From positions 93,323 through 157,322 of IMG/VR virus record IMGVR_UViG_3300033405_000004: 64,000 nt of DNA. One strand, given 5' to 3'. The stretch comes from a virus. Shown piece by piece: positions 62,105 to 64,000 of the stretch; position 1 is the first letter of the stretch; each line of letters starts with the position of its first letter. The position numbers and the translations under genes were made by a program. The notes beneath the pieces were generated by a model. It made no database searches. It saw only the letters and a list, made by a program, of their open reading frames with translations, and was not told the DNA's origin.

Positions 62105-64000
62105 TCATATGATGTTAAGCACGCCGCCGTTATTCCACACGTCGCCGGTCGCCAAGCCTGCGCTGCTGGTGGGCAAACCCGAAACATGCAGCCTGCTTGT
62201 CGTGGTAGGCGCCGCGCCTACGCCAAGATAACTATTGATCATAGTCCCGGCGTTAGTAATGCCAATCTGCCGACTACCCCCCGCCGAGGTGAACCCGTAA
62301 CCGAGATTACTGGAAAACTGAATGTCGCTGCTGGTGGTCAGCCCCGCAAAGGTTGGCGTGCTGGCGGTCGTGAGCGCCTGAATCGTGTTGAGCGTGCCGC
62401 CGGACAAAGACAGCGATGCGCCGATGGTGGCCGCGCTGATATTGCCGCTGGCGTCCGTGACGAGCGCCCCCAGCCCCAGCGAATTGAGCTGTACCACGCC
62501 GCCCTGATTGATGGTCAGGCGGGCGCTGGTCGCATCCCAGAATTGCAGGGCAACGGCGGTGCCCGAGCCTTGAGCGGTGCTCTGGAAAAACACATAATTT
62601 CCAGCCAACATGCCCATCGCCAGGATAATGCCGTTCGTATCCGCCGTCTTGATGACAAATTTGCCGATGCCCGTGGTAGCGACAAAGGTGAACGGGTAGT
62701 CGGGTGCGCTCGTGCCAAACCCGTATTTCAGAGCCGCGCCCGTCGCGCCCGGCGTGGCCAGAAGACACAGCGCGGCATCGGCTTGGGTGATGGTGCCAAC
62801 CGCGCCCGAACCCGCCGATCCGGTGCTTTGCCATGTGGCAGAACGGACGCTCAGTTGCCCGTTGTTGCTGCCGTCGATCTGCGCCGCCAGCGCCGAGACA
62901 TTCGTGTTGCCGATGTTGAAACCGATGTCGGCCGCCGTGCTGTTGACCTGAAGACGGATATTGGGGGCTCCGGTGGCAAGCGCCTGAAAATAGATGTCGT
63001 TGTTGGTCGCACCCCCACCCGGATCAACGCTAGAAATTGTCAGCGATTGTGTGTTGCTTCCGGCGGCGTTGGCACCCGAAACCATGATGGTGTTGTGTCC
63101 ACCCACGGTGAGCCCGTTGGAATAAATCGCCCCCGCCACGCCGATGCCCCCCGCGAACACCGCGCACCCCGTGCCCGTCGTGGTCGAGGCGGTCGTGCTC
63201 ATCACGCTTAGGCCGCCTGCGCCCGTGAGGCCCGTATCGGCCGGCGATGTGCCGACGATGAGGTTTCCCTGCGCCGAAAATTGCGCGACGATCTGGCCGG
63301 TGTTGCCGGTCGTCGGCGTCGTCAGCACGTTGATATAGGCACCCTCATAGGAGGTTGTCCAAGCGTTCGCGGCGTAGGCCAATATCGCCGCCGAATACAA
63401 ATTGAACGCGCTGCCGTTGTAACCACCCCAAGTGATGCCGCCGATGTTGTCGGCGGAGGCGAGGGCGCTCAGCGAACCCGGACTGCCATCGGCGCGGTAG
63501 AGGGCGATGCGCGTCGAGGTGGCGAAGGAGTTGAACTGGAAATAGACCGGATTCGACGCCTGCGCGGTCACGAATTGCGCGATAGCCCCGGTGTTGGGCG
63601 TGGGGACGTTGCCGGAGGCGACGCCATTCTGGTTGACCTGAAAAATCCCGGTTCCAACGGTTGCCGCCACAACGTTGGTATTTCCCGCGGCGCCAGCCTG
63701 CAGGGTTAGCGCAGTGGCGCTCGGCGCGGTCAGCGATGCCGCGGTTACTCCCGCAAATGTGGGCGAGCTTGAAGTGCTGATCGACTGTGGGAGCGTGAGT
63801 GTAACGGCACCCGTTTGGGCGCTGCCGCTCGTGCCATTGGCGAGAACCTGATTTGCGGTGCCGGTGATGGAAGCCTGCGCCCCGGTGCTGCCCTGCAGCC
63901 CCTGCGACCCCTGCGCCCCGGTGCTGCCCTGCAGACCCTGATAGCCCTGCGGGCCGGTGCTGCCCTGGAGGCCTTGATAACCTTGGGCCCCGGTGCCGCC
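62105..64000 (-). CDS. Tail fibre with collagen repeats, 5' end outside the window
   Basis: Frame is open to the window end. G/T/S/A-rich, ends GLPTSSAGLATGDVWNNGGVLNI. Confidence 0.85.
   Translation of the reverse strand, partial: GGTGAQGYQGLQGSTGPQGYQGLQGSTGAQGSQGLQGSTGAQASITGTANQVLANGTSGSAQTGAVTLTLPQSISTSSSPTFAGVTAASLTAPSATALTLQAGAAGNTNVVAATVGTGIFQVNQNGVASGNVPTPNTGAIAQFVTAQASNPVYFQFNSFATSTRIALYRADGSPGSLSALASADNIGGITWGGYNGSAFNLYSAAILAYAANAWTTSYEGAYINVLTTPTTGNTGQIVAQFSAQGNLIVGTSPADTGLTGAGGLSVMSTTASTTTGTGCAVFAGGIGVAGAIYSNGLTVGGHNTIMVSGANAAGSNTQSLTISSVDPGGGATNNDIYFQALATGAPNIRLQVNSTAADIGFNIGNTNVSALAAQIDGSNNGQLSVRSATWQSTGSAGSGAVGTITQADAALCLLATPGATGAALKYGFGTSAPDYPFTFVATTGIGKFVIKTADTNGIILAMGMLAGNYVFFQSTAQGSGTAVALQFWDATSARLTINQGGVVQLNSLGLGALVTDASGNISAATIGASLSLSGGTLNTIQALTTASTPTFAGLTTSSDIQFSSNLGYGFTSAGGSRQIGITNAGTMINSYLGVGAAPTTTSRLHVSGLPTSSAGLATGDVWNNGGVLNII

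Overview
This window is a ~70% GC fragment of a large lytic myovirus (T4-like/jumbo-type gene content) using the standard genetic code. It has no integrase, rRNA, tRNA or CRISPR array. It carries a replication/recombination block (two sigma-like factors, RecA/UvsX, SSB, UvsY, helicase, UDG-fused family A polymerase, gp46/SbcC, NAD ligase, 5'-3' exonuclease). It also has DNA methyltransferases, a glycosylation set (5 glycosyltransferase-like genes, FkbM, radical SAM) and contractile-tail genes (sheath, tube, chaperone, tape measure, baseplate, collagen-repeat fibres). The most unusual signals are: (1) a short amphipathic tag (A[RK]xL[VL][DE]xLLE-like) shared by about 12 unrelated proteins, including a T7 Ocr homologue, an ADP-ribosyltransferase and a Nudix-thymidylate kinase, suggesting a modular capsid-packaging and processing system for anti-defence cargo; (2) a tmRNA with an intact tag/pseudoknot domain whose 3' tRNA-like end is replaced by a ~265-nt unknown structured domain; (3) a C5 methyltransferase split across two fully overlapping reading frames; (4) two fixed-spacing, apparently leaderless promoter classes (TAGTTA-N4-start and GTTCT-N7-9-start) matching two phage sigma factors; (5) a catalytically dead prohead-protease paralogue, a probable +1/-2 tail-chaperone frameshift and an amber-interrupted vsr. 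All homology calls come from reading motifs by eye, not from database searches.
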